The notes: a model not told the origin generated them from the letters alone. Positions 1 to 12,779 are shown, counted from the first letter of the stretch. The stretch: DNA of 64,000 nt from Vicugna vicugna (GCA_013265495.1 MU058252.1:1398244-1462243); one strand, 5' to 3'. Numbers and translations: made by a program.

Positions 1-339
1 TTTACACCTTGCAATACTTTTTTTTATTCACCTGACTTGTTTTCGTTTGTTTCTAATCTTCCTCACGCAAGCTCCAAAACGGGAAGAAGCCTGGCTGCCT
101 TGACTCTCCTTTGCTTAAACCATGTCGGGTACAAAGAAACTGCTCCCATGTTTCCAGAGGGAGGAGGGCGACGGGGTCAGAGTGGACACCGGGTGGAGCC
201 CCGCTGGGGGAGGTGGGGACCGCAGGGGCAGGTGACTGGTTCAGACGAGGGAGCAGGACTGAATCCCAGGGCTCGGGCTCCCTGTGACCTGTCACAGTTG
301 CTGAGCGCCTCCGTGACTTTGGTTTATGTGGGTTAGAGC

Positions 340-742
340 GACCGCAGTTTACCAAACTAGAAATCAGAACTGAGAAAAATTTTAAATCTTTATTAATTGA
401 TTTTCAATGAAACTTATATAGTCAGTTGGTTTTTATGAAAAATTATAGCGCTATTTTCCCAGTGTAGTTAGACGAGTGACATTATTTACATATTCTTACA
501 AACCTCTTCAAAGTCAGGGCGATTAGCAGACAGTCGGACCCTTAGATCTGCTTCTGCATTTAATCTGTTGCACTGTCTTATGCTGTGTAGCCTCTGGAAG
601 GCTCTGCTGTACGCCTGGGAGAGAATGGGAATGAAAAAGGCAAATGATGTCTCCGAGTGGGTGTGAAACTAGCTCGGGCCGGTGGAGGATCTCTGGGACA
701 CCGCCTCCGCCGCGGACTCGGGCCACACTTTGGGAACTGCTG
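340..742. mobile_element. hAT-Charlie DNA transposon fossil (Charlie1-like, internally deleted)
   Basis: Contains ATCTGCTTCTGCATTTAATCTGTTG and GTAGCCTCTGGAAG..GAGAGAATGGGAATGAAAAAGGCAAAT. Ends in GGCCACACTTTGGGAACTGCTG, resembling the Charlie1/MER5-type terminal inverted repeat. Recognised from memory of the consensus. Confidence 0.7.
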
Positions 743-1895
743 GATTAAGAAGCTACTTCGGAGGCAAGACTGACAGGCCTTAGTTACACTATTATTACTG
801 CTCACAGTTACTGCATGTTTTTAATCCTTGCAGCAGCTCTACGTAGCAGGAACCATTAGTATCCCCAGGTCCCTCATGAGAAGCTGTGATGACTTGGTGA
901 CATTAACCAGCATGAATTTTGCATTTACATATATATATCTGTGCATCCTTTTGTTCACAATGAAACTGGACGTTTTTATTTTTAAGAATGTGACCCAAAC
1001 AGATAATGATGAATTTTATCATCTCTGAATGGTGAGGCTAAGCCTAACTCCAAACAATGAGCCTCAAACATAAAAGCGCCTTTCATTACCCTCCATTACT
1101 TTGGAAATCTAACTTTGATTTAAATGTATTTTTGAGCCATTTCATTTTTAAGAGCCCATTTGGGAATCTTAAAAATTAATTAAATCTTTTATCTTCAAAG
1201 TTTAATTCCTCCACCTCTGGCATATTATCTATGGCTCTGAGAAAAATTGCCAATCACTCGGGTAATTTGCACCTAAAATAAAGGTGCAGGGAAATTGAAA
1301 TTAGAAGTAGCTAGAATAGCAGTTCCTTGGTTTCTCCTGCTGGCGTTTTGGGCCCAAATTCACAGAACCTTCATCTGTCTTCACAGCTTCCTTTCTCAGG
1401 CCCTGGGTGCAAGGCTCACTCATTTTCACCACATAATGTTCCAGGTTTTTCTGTTTCCTGCCCGTTTCCTGCCAGCTTTGCCTGTGCTCCTTTCTTCTCT
1501 TGACATCAGTCACACTTGTCACCAACCTGGTCCCCACCCACCCTGACTCCTGCCTGGAGTGGCAGTCCTTTGCCCAGAGGATGTCCCATGTGCTGTTCCT
1601 CCGCTGGACCTGATGGAGCACACGTCTCATGTCAGGGGCCGCAGGCAGCACTGCACGGGCACCATCTCAGCTCACGCCCGTAAAGCCCCGTGTGGCTGCT
1701 GTCACCCACTGCACAGATGGGACAGTGAACTGGACAGTGCTGAGTCACTCGCCCAGAGACCACAGCCAGCACAAATGGAAAGTGCAGATGCATTACTGGA
1801 ACCCAGGTCTGTCTGACTCTAAAGCTCTGTTCTGAACCCCTGAACTCTCTTTTACCTCTGTGTCTTTGTAAATGCTGTTTCCTCCACCTGCTTTT

Positions 1896-2322
1896 CTTTC
1901 CTTCTTTCTTTCTGGTCTTATTTATTTTTAACTGAAGTCTAGTTGATTTACAACGTTGTGTGAGTTTCTGGTGTACAGCACAGTGAGTCAGTTACATACA
2001 TATATATTACTTTTCATACTCTTTTTCACTGTAGGTCACTGCAAGACATTGCATATAGCTCCCTGTGCTGTATGTACAGTAGGACCTTGTTGATTATTTA
2101 TTTTATGTAGAGTAGTTAGTATCTGCAAATCCCAAACTCCCAGTTTCTCCCTCCCCCACCCGCTTTTCAACCCTGATAACTGTCAGTTTGTTTTCTGTGT
2201 CTGTGAGTCTATTCCTGTTTTGCAAGTAAGTTCATTTTTTTAGATTCCACATATAAGTGGTATCAAGCAGTATTTGTCTTTCTCTCTCTGGCTTACGTTA
2301 CTCAGCATGATAATCTCTAGGT
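1896..2322 (-). mobile_element. 5'-truncated young LINE-1 3' end (artiodactyl/camelid type)
   Basis: T-rich tail followed by TGAAGTCTAGTTGATTTACAACGTTGTG..TTTCTGGTGTACAGCA..AGATTCCACATATAAGTG. Flanked by CCTGCTTTT on both sides (likely TSD). Confidence 0.85.
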
Positions 2323-2789
2323 TGCCTGCTTTTTTTAAGCTTCAGTTTAAGTGTCTTCTCCAAGACAATGTCCCTCGACTCAGGCTCAGGTGCACAAGGG
2401 GGCACCTTGTGCTCACCTGTGGGCTACATTTGACACCTCTGTTCTCCCCAGTGGACTGTGGGGTCCCTCGGGGTAAAGGCCCTGCTCTCCCTCTCTCAGT
2501 CTCCACTACCTAGCACTGGGCCCTGGCAAATAATACACGTTTCCTATTAATAACTGATACATTCTTTTTTTTCACTACACCTTTCTCCAAGAAAACACAG
2601 TCCAAATTTAAGGAATGGTCTTAAACCTGAATTTTAGATCTTCACTGATAATTGGTGGACTTCCCTGGAAGCTGCCTACTTTTTACTGTCTATTTAGAAT
2701 TTACTTCACAGATAACTGGCTGTCAACCTGTACACGTTTTGTTATTCATCCCTCCACTCAGGCTGCTCATTCATCTTATACTCATTGTT

Positions 2790-2990
2790 CATTTTGTTTC
2801 CTATTGGAAGTATAGTTGATTTACACAGTTGTGTTTCTGGTGTACAGCACAGTGATTCAGCTCCATATACATATATATATATATAAATATGCATATATTC
2901 TTGTTCTTATTCTTTTTCATAATAGGTTATTACAAGTTAATGAATATAATTCCCTGTGGTCTACAGCAGGACCTTGTTGTTTATCCATCC
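2790..2990 (-). mobile_element. Short young LINE-1 3' fragment
   Basis: GAAGTATAGTTGATTTACA..GGTGTACAGCACAGTGATTCAG..GGACCTTGTTGTTTATC, with CTCATTGTT repeated on both flanks. Confidence 0.85.
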
Positions 2991-4174
2991 TGCGCTCATT
3001 GTTAAGGGCCTACTACTAGCCAGCCACTGTTCTAGGCACCAGGGTGGTCAACAGCGTCCTTGAAACCAGAGGTTCAGCCTAACGGAGACGAGGAGTTGCG
3101 GCCCTGTGGTAAGAGGAGGTATTCCCAGGAGTTGCAGCTGGAAGGGGTGGACACCTAATTCTACTCAAAGAGGCTGGAGGAGGCTCCTAAGGGAAAATGG
3201 TACTTGCCCAGAGCCTTGGTGAGGCCCTGCTTTCTCGAGCTGCCTGGTAACCACCCCTGTCACTCTGCCTTGAATGCGGATGCTTGAGGATGTTTCAGTT
3301 TGAACAAGCTAGTAGTAACAAGTATCTACAGAGGAGCCTCAGTTGCATTTAAAGAAAAACAGCCACCCTTGTGCAGACTATTGTCCTGATGGTGTTGCCC
3401 AGTTGTCCAGCTGGTCCTAAGGGCAGGCACACAACATCTTAGGCTAAGAAAGATGAAGTCAGTTCGGTGGCTGTGCTGTGAACAGCTCATTGCTCGACTG
3501 CGTAGGACTAGGATGCTGCTACCTCTGCTTCGCCCCACAATTAAAACAGGAAGTAAGTTAATAAGTATTTCTGGCTGCCAGTGTTCTCCCGAGGGCCCCT
3601 CAGCTCAGCCGGGACAAAATAGTTTAAAAAACAGGTAAAGGAATGAATATTGCATTTGACAAACCCCAACTCCTACTCTGAAACCGAATCTAAATAAGAA
3701 GAATTCACTGGGCTCCAGAACTCTGCTCCCGGGGGGCAGGGGTGAGCATGCTCATTTCTGTGTCATCAGTGTCTGCCTGCCACGTGCAAGAGCTCAGCAA
3801 GCTGGTTACGTGATGGCTCTGAAGTGACACTTACACGTCACCGCTTTCATTCACAGGGGTGCGTGCCTGCTTGGAGGGGTTTTACCTGGGAAGGTATTCG
3901 CTGTGAGGAAGGACCCTGCTGTGCCCACTGGGTCTAGAAATAGATCTCATTACCTACCAGGTCTTGAATTAGAATGTGGAAAGGCCATGTTCTCCAGCTG
4001 TCTTGCATGTTTTGGCTGAAGCTCTGCAATTACTGTAACACATGAAATGTCTGGTATCAGGACCAGGGCAGCCCATTCCTGGCCTGTCTTCTGAAGGAGG
4101 GTTAAGTAGTGCGGAAGAAAAAGTATAAGACACGGACTCCGGAAATTTTGGTTTACATCTTTACAGTACAGTTA

Positions 4175-4291
4175 TTTTTTTTCTTTCTTCCCTCCCTCCT
4201 TCCTTCCTACTTCCCTTTCTCTCTCTCCCTCCCTCCCTCCATCTCTCTCTTTCTTTCTCCCCTCCTCCCTCCTTTCTTTCTTTCTTTCTTC

Positions 4292-4350
<59 letters not shown>

Positions 4351-4605
4351 TTTCTCTTTCTTTTTCTTTTTCTTTTTCTCTCTCTTTCTTTCTTGTTCTT
4401 TCTTTCCTTTCTCCCTCCCTCCCTCCTTCTCTCTCTCTTTCTCTTCTTTCTTTCTTTCTTTTCTTTCTTTCTTTCTTCTTTCTTTCTTTCTCTTCTTTCC
4501 TTCTTTCTTCCTTCCTTCCTTTTTCCCTCCCTCCCTCCCTCTCTCTTTCTCTCTTTCTTTCCCTTCCTTCCTTCCTTCCTTCCTTCCTTCCTTCCTTCCT
4601 TCTTT
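4175..4605. repeat. Compound polypyrimidine microsatellite (TTTC)n/(TCCC)n/(TTCC)n
   Basis: About 430 bp of almost pure pyrimidines on the + strand, directly visible. Confidence 0.97.
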
Positions 4606-5637
4606 GTGGTATAGTTATCTATTGCTTCAAACCAAACTGTCCCAAAACTCATAATGACTTAGAACTAATGACAAACCCTCTCTCCTTGACCAGACTTCCC
4701 TCAAGCTTCTCTGAGACTGCTCCATCAGGCCTCCCTTGTGACCTATGTGAACTGCAAAATCTTGGCACCATTTGTCAACTGCTCACATGGAGACTTGAAC
4801 AAACACTAGCCTGGTTTCTAACAGCCCAAGGCTGTGTCCCTGGCAGGACCCAGTCTTCCCTGAGTGTCTGCCCGGGAAATCTCAGGTTGCCAAAAGAATT
4901 TTTCTGTGTGAGATTTACCCTCACGCAATGCCTACCTAGCCTAAAATGACTCAGAAAACAGCCCCCTACCTACTTTTTATAATTTACCTCTTCTCTGACT
5001 CTGCTCAAGCCCTCAGTGGTTCCTCCTCCCTGTTCCCTCCTTCTTCCCTTGAAACACCATCTCTCTGCACAGGTTGGAGCCAGTTCCTTTTTCTCCCCTA
5101 CTGCAGCAGTCTGAATGAAATCTGTCTTGCCGCCTTGAATGAATGTCCAGCTCTGTTTCTCTTTGACACCACAGTAAACACTTAACTCATATAGTTTCAG
5201 CAGACCAGGAATTCAGGAGAGCCTCAGCTGGGCAGTTCTGGGTCAATGACCGTCAAGATACAGACCTGGGCTATACTCATCCAAAGGCCTGACTGGGGCT
5301 GGAGGGCCTTCCGAGGTGGTTCCCTTGCCTGGCTGACTAGTTGGTGCTGACTACTGACAGGAGGTCTCAGTTTTCACCATGCGGACCTTGCCATGGTGCT
5401 GCTTGAGTAGCCTTGTGACATGGTGGCTGGCTCCCCACACAGGGGAGAGGGGAAGGGTAGGAGCTGCGTGTCTTTTATGACCTAGCCCTGCAAGTTACAC
5501 ATGGTCACTTCTGTAGTCTTTTACTGATTTCACAGGCCAGCTCATTTCACATTATTCACTGTGAGAGGAGACTCCAAGACTGTGGATCCTGGGAGGCAGG
5601 GATCACTGGGGACCACTTTGGAGGCTGGCTGCTGTGG
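4606..5637 (-). mobile_element. MaLR solo LTR (MLT1F-like), split by a nested LTR
   Basis: TAGTTATCTATTGCT..CCCAAAACT at the left. GCTGGGCAGTTCTGG..TGACTGGGGCTGGAGG..TTTTATGACCTAGCC..GGATCACTGGGGACCACTTTGGAGGCTGGCT at the right. Confidence 0.75.
4669..5168 (+). mobile_element. ERV1 solo LTR (MER31-like) nested in MLT1
   Basis: Starts TGACAAACCCTCTCTCCTTGACCAGACTT and ends CTCTGTTTCTCTTTGACA (TG..CA termini). Degenerate polyA signal in AGTCTGAATGAAATCTGTCTT. Confidence 0.7.
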
Positions 5638-7779
5638 CTCTGCTAGCAGTCCATGTCATGACCTTGGGCAGGTCACTGGAGCACTCTGGGTGGGAACAGG
5701 GGAGGGCTAGGTTTGATCTGTGAGGGTCCTCCTAGCCCTGACTTCGTCTTCTGTTAAACAGGCGAGTTACTCAGTGCATGAAAGAGTTAATGTGTTTACA
5801 GAAGCATTTTCACAGAGAGTAACTCATCTGCCAGGGTCTGGCCCAATTCCTAGAATTGGGTGGCTTGTTCTGTGGGGTGGGGGAAGGGGCACGGCAGCTG
5901 TCTGGGTTTCCCATCATTCCTCCTCTCACTTCCGAGGTCAGGGGGTGGGACGGGCATGAACAGGTGGCTCCTGGCTGGGCTGGCTGGGACCAGCCCTGAT
6001 ACAAAGACACTAAGGACTTGGCAAGGAAAACACCAGCAGGGAAACTGGCGGGCTGCCCTTGGAAGGCGCTGGTCCTAGTTTTGCTCCTTTTAGGAGTTTT
6101 GCACCTGATTAATGATTCTGTTCAAGATGGATTAAGCTGCTGGAGCCTGTCTCCATTTAGCAGTGCCAGCTTCTTTCCTTCTCTTAACACTTTCTTTTTT
6201 TTTTGGCTCATCCCAGTCTCCCCCACCCCCAACTTGGGGCAAATCATTGGTCCACGATGAGATGGGTTTTTCCCTGGAAGAGGAGAAGAAGCTGAATGTC
6301 GCCCCGTGCACTCCTCCTGGGGTGAGGGGCTGAGGAGCCATTACAAGCAAGGGGAGCTCAAGTTCAAAGCCTTCCTGGACCCTTGACTGAGATTCTCTTG
6401 GCTTCCTCAGTATATTTCATTCTGAAGAAATTATCACTTTCAGAGGACAGTTCCTGGCTCTATTTTACCTTCCCCAGAAATGAGCAGGAGGAAGACAGGG
6501 AGCAGGTCCCCAAGGCAGGGAGTTGAGGTGGGGTTGCTATTATTCAAAATGTAAAAAAAAAAAAAAAAAACCCTACATCTGCCCCTTTCTTCTGTCCTCT
6601 CCCTCCGTCCCTTATCCATTCATTCAAAGAACGCTAAAGCCTCGAAGTCATGGCCTCACAGTGGGCCGTGGCAGCAGTGGAGGCCAAGTTCCTTTCCTTT
6701 GCTCCCCTTCCTGCAAGAACATGCTTTTAACACTTGCTGACTAGTCATTTGGAAAACTGCTCTTCCTGTAGACGGCCATCAAGGTGGCTGGGCCTTGGCT
6801 AGTCCAGGGAGGTGAGGGAGCAATCTGTCCCTCCTCCAGTCCTGCTCCAGCCCTCCCTCTGCTCTGTCGGTCTCCTGACTCTCCCCACCCTCCTCCCACA
6901 CCACCCTTTACTCAGCTAGGACCCAAGGGTCTCCCTCCAGAGAACACGCATCATTGCAGGCTCGGCCGATCAGCGGGCCAAGTGCCCCGCGGCCCGGGGA
7001 GCCCAGCACGATGAACGCCCCTTTCTGCCGCAGTGCCTGTGCTCCTTCCTGGCCCCGGCCACCCCCGCTGCTCTCCTTTAGTCTTTCTTCCCTGTTTCTT
7101 TGCCAGTTGATTTAATTATTATTGCGCACGACGGGGGCAGGGAAGACCCTGGAGGCCGGGCCTGGCACGGCGTCTGAGGGGACCGGGGCTCCCTGACCGG
7201 CCCCGACACCACCGGGAGGTCCTGCGTCCCACTCCCACCGCCTGGGCCCTGGGCCTGCCTTCCTGGCTCCCTTCTGTCGTGGGGGCTGCAGGCAGGGCCG
7301 GCCCCCTGGTAGCTGGCTTCTTTGCTGGGGCTCTGGTCCCTCCCAGCCTAGGACATTTCTAAAGAGTGTTGAGTGTGGAGCTGGGTGTGAGTGAGGCAGA
7401 CTGCTCTGGGGGCAGAGGCAACAAAGCTCAGCAAATAAGGTTGACACACTTAACAAAAGAACACTGCTCCCGTCAAAGGCAAAGGGGTGCTGTCCAATGC
7501 CAGGGACTCGGGGCTTTTTGTCTGGGGCTGAACTCGGTGCAGACAGGTGTTCCTCTGCCCGAACCAGCCCCCTCAACCTAGCCTGGAAGTCAGACAGTGG
7601 AGGCGCCCTTCCCACCCAGAGATTTCACTTCCTCCTTCAGTCACGTTTTCAAGGGGTTGCTGGAAACTCCAAGAGCTATATCACATGGCATTGACATTAA
7701 AACTCTGCTTTATGTTCAAAAAAATTTTTTTTAATGAGATCTTTTAAATTTGTAATCAGACACCTGAAGTTTCATTTTT

Positions 7780-7914
7780 TTGTTTTGTATTTTTTTGGGG
7801 GGAGGGAGGTAATTAGGTTTATTTATATATTTATTTAGACAGAGGTACCGGGACTGAATCGAGGACTTTGTGCAGGCTAAGCATGTGCTCTACCACTGAG
7901 CTATCCCCTCCCCT
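7780..7914 (-). mobile_element. Camelid-type tRNA-derived SINE
   Basis: Reverse complement shows the GGGGAGGGGATAGCTCAGTGGTAGAG head, B-box and AT-rich tail. Imperfect TSD CTGAAGTTTCATTTTT / CTGGAGTTTGATTTTT. Confidence 0.9.
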
Positions 7915-7969
7915 CTGGAGTTTGATTTTTGAGGTCTTAGATTTCATGGGGAACCAATGAAAGTTATTA

Positions 7970-8115
7970 GATTTTTTAAATTAAAAAAAATCTTTTGGGG
8001 GAGTAGGTAGTTAGGTCTATTTCTTATTTATTTTTAGAGGAGGTACTGGAGGTTGAACCCAGAACCTCATGCATGCTAAGCATGTGCTGTACCACTTGAG
8101 CTATTACCTTCCCCC
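7970..8115 (-). mobile_element. Camelid-type tRNA-derived SINE
   Basis: GAGGTACTGGAGGTTGAACCCAGAACCTCATGCATGCTAAGCATG..GAGCTATTACCTTCCCC. Imperfect TSD CCAATGAAAGTTA / CCACGAAGGTTA. Confidence 0.9.
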
Positions 8116-9559
8116 ACCACGAAGGTTAATATGGAGAACAAAGTTCAGCCTGAGCAAGGAAGCCGGAATTCCCTGGGTGCCTGGGGTTCCCCTCATTTAC
8201 ATAAACCTCAGACAAGTGAATATATTCAGGAGGACTAGGAGTAGAGGACCAGCTTACATTGCAGTTGACCAAACGTAAAAGGGTAGAGGATAGCTGGGGA
8301 CAGTTTCCAGATGGGACACAGTTAAAGAAGTCCCATGCAGAGTGCTGGACGCAGCTAAACAACATGACTGGAAAGGTGGCTGTGAGCCAGCTTTAGGAGA
8401 CACCTGGGCTGTTGTGGGGAGGCTGCTACTGAGGAGCACCTGCACCACACTGCCTATTAAAATACTCAAATACACCTCCAGCCGTCGTTCATATAGATGG
8501 TGCTCCGGCTCCCCCCAGACCTCCTCAAAAATCTGTCTGCTCTGGCCCCTTCCAGACACCTCCAGGAACTTCTTAAAACCCAGCTGCTAAAGGGTAAAGT
8601 GCGGCCGCGCTGGTGTGCGGGAGCCGGTCCCAGGCTTTCGGCTAGTGTTCCTCGTCAAACAGTCCGAGCATCACCCCTGGCTGGACCAAGACTGTAACAG
8701 GTGTCGGCAGAGATACCTGGAAGGAGCTCACCCGTGGCAAGGCTTGAAGGTCTGATTCATGGAATCCGAGAGTGAGTTCTGGAATATGGGGGAGGGGAGC
8801 ATGGCATTAAATCCATTCTTGGCCATCAAAATTTGATTTATTAACATTGGCAACAGTTAGAGGCCATTTTGCCAACAAAGTTTCTGAAATTGAAATCGCA
8901 TGAAACTTTCCTCATTCCTGCCCAGGCTACATCCCGCCCTTTCCTTTCTAAGCAGCAAATTCACTTAAAAATAATTAGGAAAAGATTGATGGGATTTTGG
9001 AATTATAATGAAAAATATGATCTCATTAGTAAGTCATGAGTCAGGGCCAGGCACTCTGTCAGATGTACGCACTTCTGCATAATTAGAAGAAGCTGATGCA
9101 AGGGGTGCTAATAATGGGAAGAATTAAAAAATTATAATGCTTTCCCTTTATAATTTTTGACTGTGCTGCAATTCTTCCTGCTGCAAAGACCCAGAAAGAG
9201 ATCTCTCTCAAAAGAACCTTATGAAATGTCACTGAGTTGGTGAAAAAGAAAATGGTGGTAAAAGAATGGAAAGGACTGAATGCAAGGGACCTTCCATGGG
9301 GTATGTTATCACGTCTCGTCTAGGTTATCAGTCCAGCATGAGAAAGTTCTCACTGCTTATCTTCAAGGGGATAAATATATACCAAATATATACCTGAGGT
9401 GAGCGTATTTTGAAACGAGCTGCTGGGTTGCTAAAGTAAATTCCGTATAATCTCTGATGTGAACTACAGAACCAACACAGCGATGGTCCTTCAGGAGAGA
9501 CGCACACGCTCTGAAAAGGCTAGCGTGAACTCAGAGCAGGACAAGCAGGGTGGCAGCCT

Positions 9560-9760
9560 CCTCTCTGTCCAGCTGGGTGGTCCTGACCAACTGAATACGC
9601 CTAAGCCTCGATTTACTCCTTTGTGAAATGGGAATAAGAAAATCAGCCTTGCGACACTGTAAATCAACTACACTTCAATTCAAAAAAAACCCCAACCTCT
9701 CAGATTTATTGCCAGAATGAATGAAATCACATGTACAGAACAGGCATTCATTAAAACATT
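9560..9760 (+). mobile_element. MIR SINE fragment interrupted by a ~35 bp L1 3' tip (~9653-9689)
   Basis: MIR-like CTAAGCCTCGATTTACTCCTTTGTGAAATGGGAATAA..AATGAAATCACATGTACAG. Insert is ACACTGTAAATCAACTACACTTCAATT plus an A-tail. Confidence 0.6.
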
Positions 9761-9999
9761 ATTTATCTTTTCCTTTTCTCTGAGGAATGCTACTTTGTTG
9801 ACATTTGAAAGTTAACATCATGGCCAGAGTTTGTTCTGACTGGACGGTGTCTGTGTGCAGCAGTGGGTAAATATTTCTGACATCCCCCTGCGTGTGTGTG
9901 AGGGGTAAGAGGCTTCCTAGGCTTCCTGGTGTCCGAAGCACACAGGACAAGAAGAGTGGGATTGTGACAAGTGGCGATCAGAGAGAGGACAACTCTGGG

Positions 10000-10350
10000 A
10001 GGAGGAACAGCATGAATGAAAATAGGGAAGAAAAAAAGATGACACGGATTTGGGGAACAGCACATGGGAACCAGTGACATGGTAGGAAACAAGGATAAAA
10101 ATATTATCAGCGTCTCGTAGAAGGTCTTGACTTTTAAGTGAGGAGATTTAACTTTAGTTGGGAGGCACTGAAGATTTTTGAGAAGGGAAATGACAGAAGA
10201 TTAACTTTGAAGTCGTAAATAAGAAATGACACGGAGGCAGGAAAAACATTTGGGAGAGTCTGTAGCCCAGGAGAGAAACCATCAATCAGGCCTGAATCAG
10301 GATGTTGTCAGTGGAAACAGAAATGAACAAGAGGTAGAAGAGATAGGCTG
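10000..10350 (-). mobile_element. L2 LINE fragment
   Basis: Purine-rich L2-like GGGAACAGCACATG..GGAGGCACTGAAGATTTTTGAGAAGGGAAATGACA..GCCCAGGAGAGAAACC. Confidence 0.55.
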
Positions 10351-11214
10351 GAAAACAGACACTACAGAACCCAGTAACAATTCAACACACTGGCCCTCAC
10401 GAGCTCCTCGGAGAGAACCTGACCCCGATGCCACTCTTCCAGATGCCATCCCAAGGGTTTGACCTGCTAGGAACCTGACACTAGGCCAGATAGTTCCACT
10501 GTATTTCACATCCCTGTCATGTTCGCCACACCCAAAATGTAAGCCTGCCCTCAGCTGTCTTCTCTTTCTCCTGCTGAGAGCCTCCCCTCCCTTGACACAT
10601 GGGCATCATGAGCCCTCCCCCCTCTCCAGAGCCTTTGAGCTGGCACTTACTGAGCATCTCCTATGAGCCAGGCACTGCGGCAGGTGCTCTGTCCACGTTA
10701 TGTGCTGCAAAACCTCTTATCTCCTTGTTTAGTGAAGACTCCCTCCAGAACGGTGGTGGGTGGAGGTGGTTTGTTCATGCAAACCCCACATAACAAGAAC
10801 GTGAGATCAATATTCTGCTGGATGTTGTTTCCCACCAGCTTTTCCAAGTCATTCTACTTTTACCCTAGAGTAGAACTCCCCATGCTCTTTGAAGGTTAGT
10901 TGTATTACTTTTTACCCCTCCCCCATTCCAGCTACTCAAATCCTGGTCATCTTGGGTATTCACTGAAGGCTTTGGCACGGGTTTAATCTTCCACCCCATC
11001 ATCCTGAGTGATGTCGGAGCCCATGTGAATAATTCATATAAAACTACTGCCCACGGTTACTGCACCCTCAACCGTCTTCACCTCCTTTCTCTTTCAGCCA
11101 CCTGTTCCAGTGGTACACCTCACCGTTGCCACCCCTGGAGCTGCAGATGCTTATTAGAAACACCACTCTCAAACTCTGATTTCTTATCTTTCCAGCCCCC
11201 TCAGCACCATCCCA

Positions 11215-12700
11215 CCTCCAGGACAATGCTGAATACACGTGGTGACAGTGGGCCTCTTTCCTCATTCCTAATCTCAAAGGGCAGACTTTAGACAGTTTTC
11301 TATTAAGCATTTCTGCATAGGTTAATTTTATCAAACATTTTAATGCATTGATTAAAATGATTTTTCTTTATTTTGTTAACATGCTAAATTACATTATATT
11401 TTAGTAAACCAATTTTACATTCATGGTATACATTGAAATTGGCCATAATGCATTAACTTATACTTCAGAATCACTTTGGCAATATTTTACTTGGCATATT
11501 GCATATATGTTTATGAATTATATTGGCTTGCAGTTTTTTATTATATTTTTTCATGTAATATCCTTGACAGGTTTTGATACAAAGTTATGCTAGCCTCATA
11601 TGATGTCTTGAGGAATGCCCTCTCTTTTTCAGTTATTTGGGAAAGTTTGTGTGAGACTGATTTTATTTCTTTCTTACATGTTGATAGAGCTCACAAGAAA
11701 AGCCAGTTCGACTTGGAGTTTTCTTTAGGGGAACGTTTTAAACTACAGATTCAACTTCGTTTACAGTTATAGGACTATTCAGGCTTTCTATTTCTTTTTG
11801 TGTCATTTTTCATCAAAATTTTCAAATCTTTTACATAAAGTTATAGTGTACACATTATTTTTTGAATGTCTGCAAGATCTGTAGTGGTCTCATTTTTCAT
11901 TCCAAATATACCTTTTGGTTCCTCCTCCCTTTTTCTCTTGGACAGCCTCATCAGATTCATCAATTTAAAAATATTTTTACAGAACCATTTTTTGGCTTTT
12001 TTGATTTTTTTCTACTTTACGTTGGTTTTCTGTTTCATTATTGTGTACTCTTATCTATTTTATTTTCTTCCTTCTACTTTCATTTGATGTTTTCTGCTAT
12101 TCCTGTTCTAACTTCTGAAATAGATGCTTAATTCATTAACTTTCAGCCTTTCTTCTTTGTTAATATAACACTTACGGCTATAGACTTTCCCCAAACAATG
12201 CTTTAGCTGTATCCCACTACCTTTACATGTAATTTTCATTATCACTCAGTTTGAAATATGTTATAATTTCCACTGTTTTCTTTTTGTTAATCCATGAATT
12301 ATTCAGAATTATGTTTTTGTTTTTGGTTTTTAACTTTCCACCAATATAGAGATTTAAAACTTTCATTAATGATTTCTAGAATAACTGCATTGTGGCAGGG
12401 AAAGCACTCTGTTTATTTCAATCATTTGACAATTGTTGAGACTTCCTCCATGAGGCAGGATATGATCAGCAGTAAACTAGTATATATTCTGCAGTTTTTG
12501 AGTGGAGTGCTCTATTTACGTCCCTTAGGTCAGTTTCTTGGTCTTGTTGTTCAAATCATACATATTCTTACTGATTTTTAAAATTCTATTAATGATTGAA
12601 GAGGGGTGTGTTATCCTGGGATAACAGTAGATTTGATTATTTCTCCTTGTACTTCTGTTGAATTATTTATTTAAATACAAAATATGAGTCTATTTTTCTG
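11215..12700 (-). mobile_element. Old LINE-1 (L1M-type) ORF2 remnant
   Basis: CCAGGACAATGCTGAATACACGTGGTGACAGTGGGC..AAAGTTATGCTAGCCTCAT..GCTTTAGCTGTATCCCAC. T-rich antisense L1, heavily decayed. Confidence 0.8.
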
Positions 12701-12779
12701 TTTATGATCTTAGAATGTGTGCCTCTCACCTTTGAAATCTGCAGCCACCTTGAACACAGAACACTTTTCTCCCAACCCT

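Noticed and set aside
4109..4654. Long ORFs of 181, 163 and 73 aa (F/L/S-rich or K/E/R-rich)
   Set aside because: They are translations of the TTTC/TTCC microsatellite, which lacks stop codons. Not genes.
7780..8115. Two adjacent similar units suggesting a tandem or CRISPR-like array
   Set aside because: Two independent SINE insertions, each with its own TSD. No repeat-spacer periodicity exists anywhere in the window.
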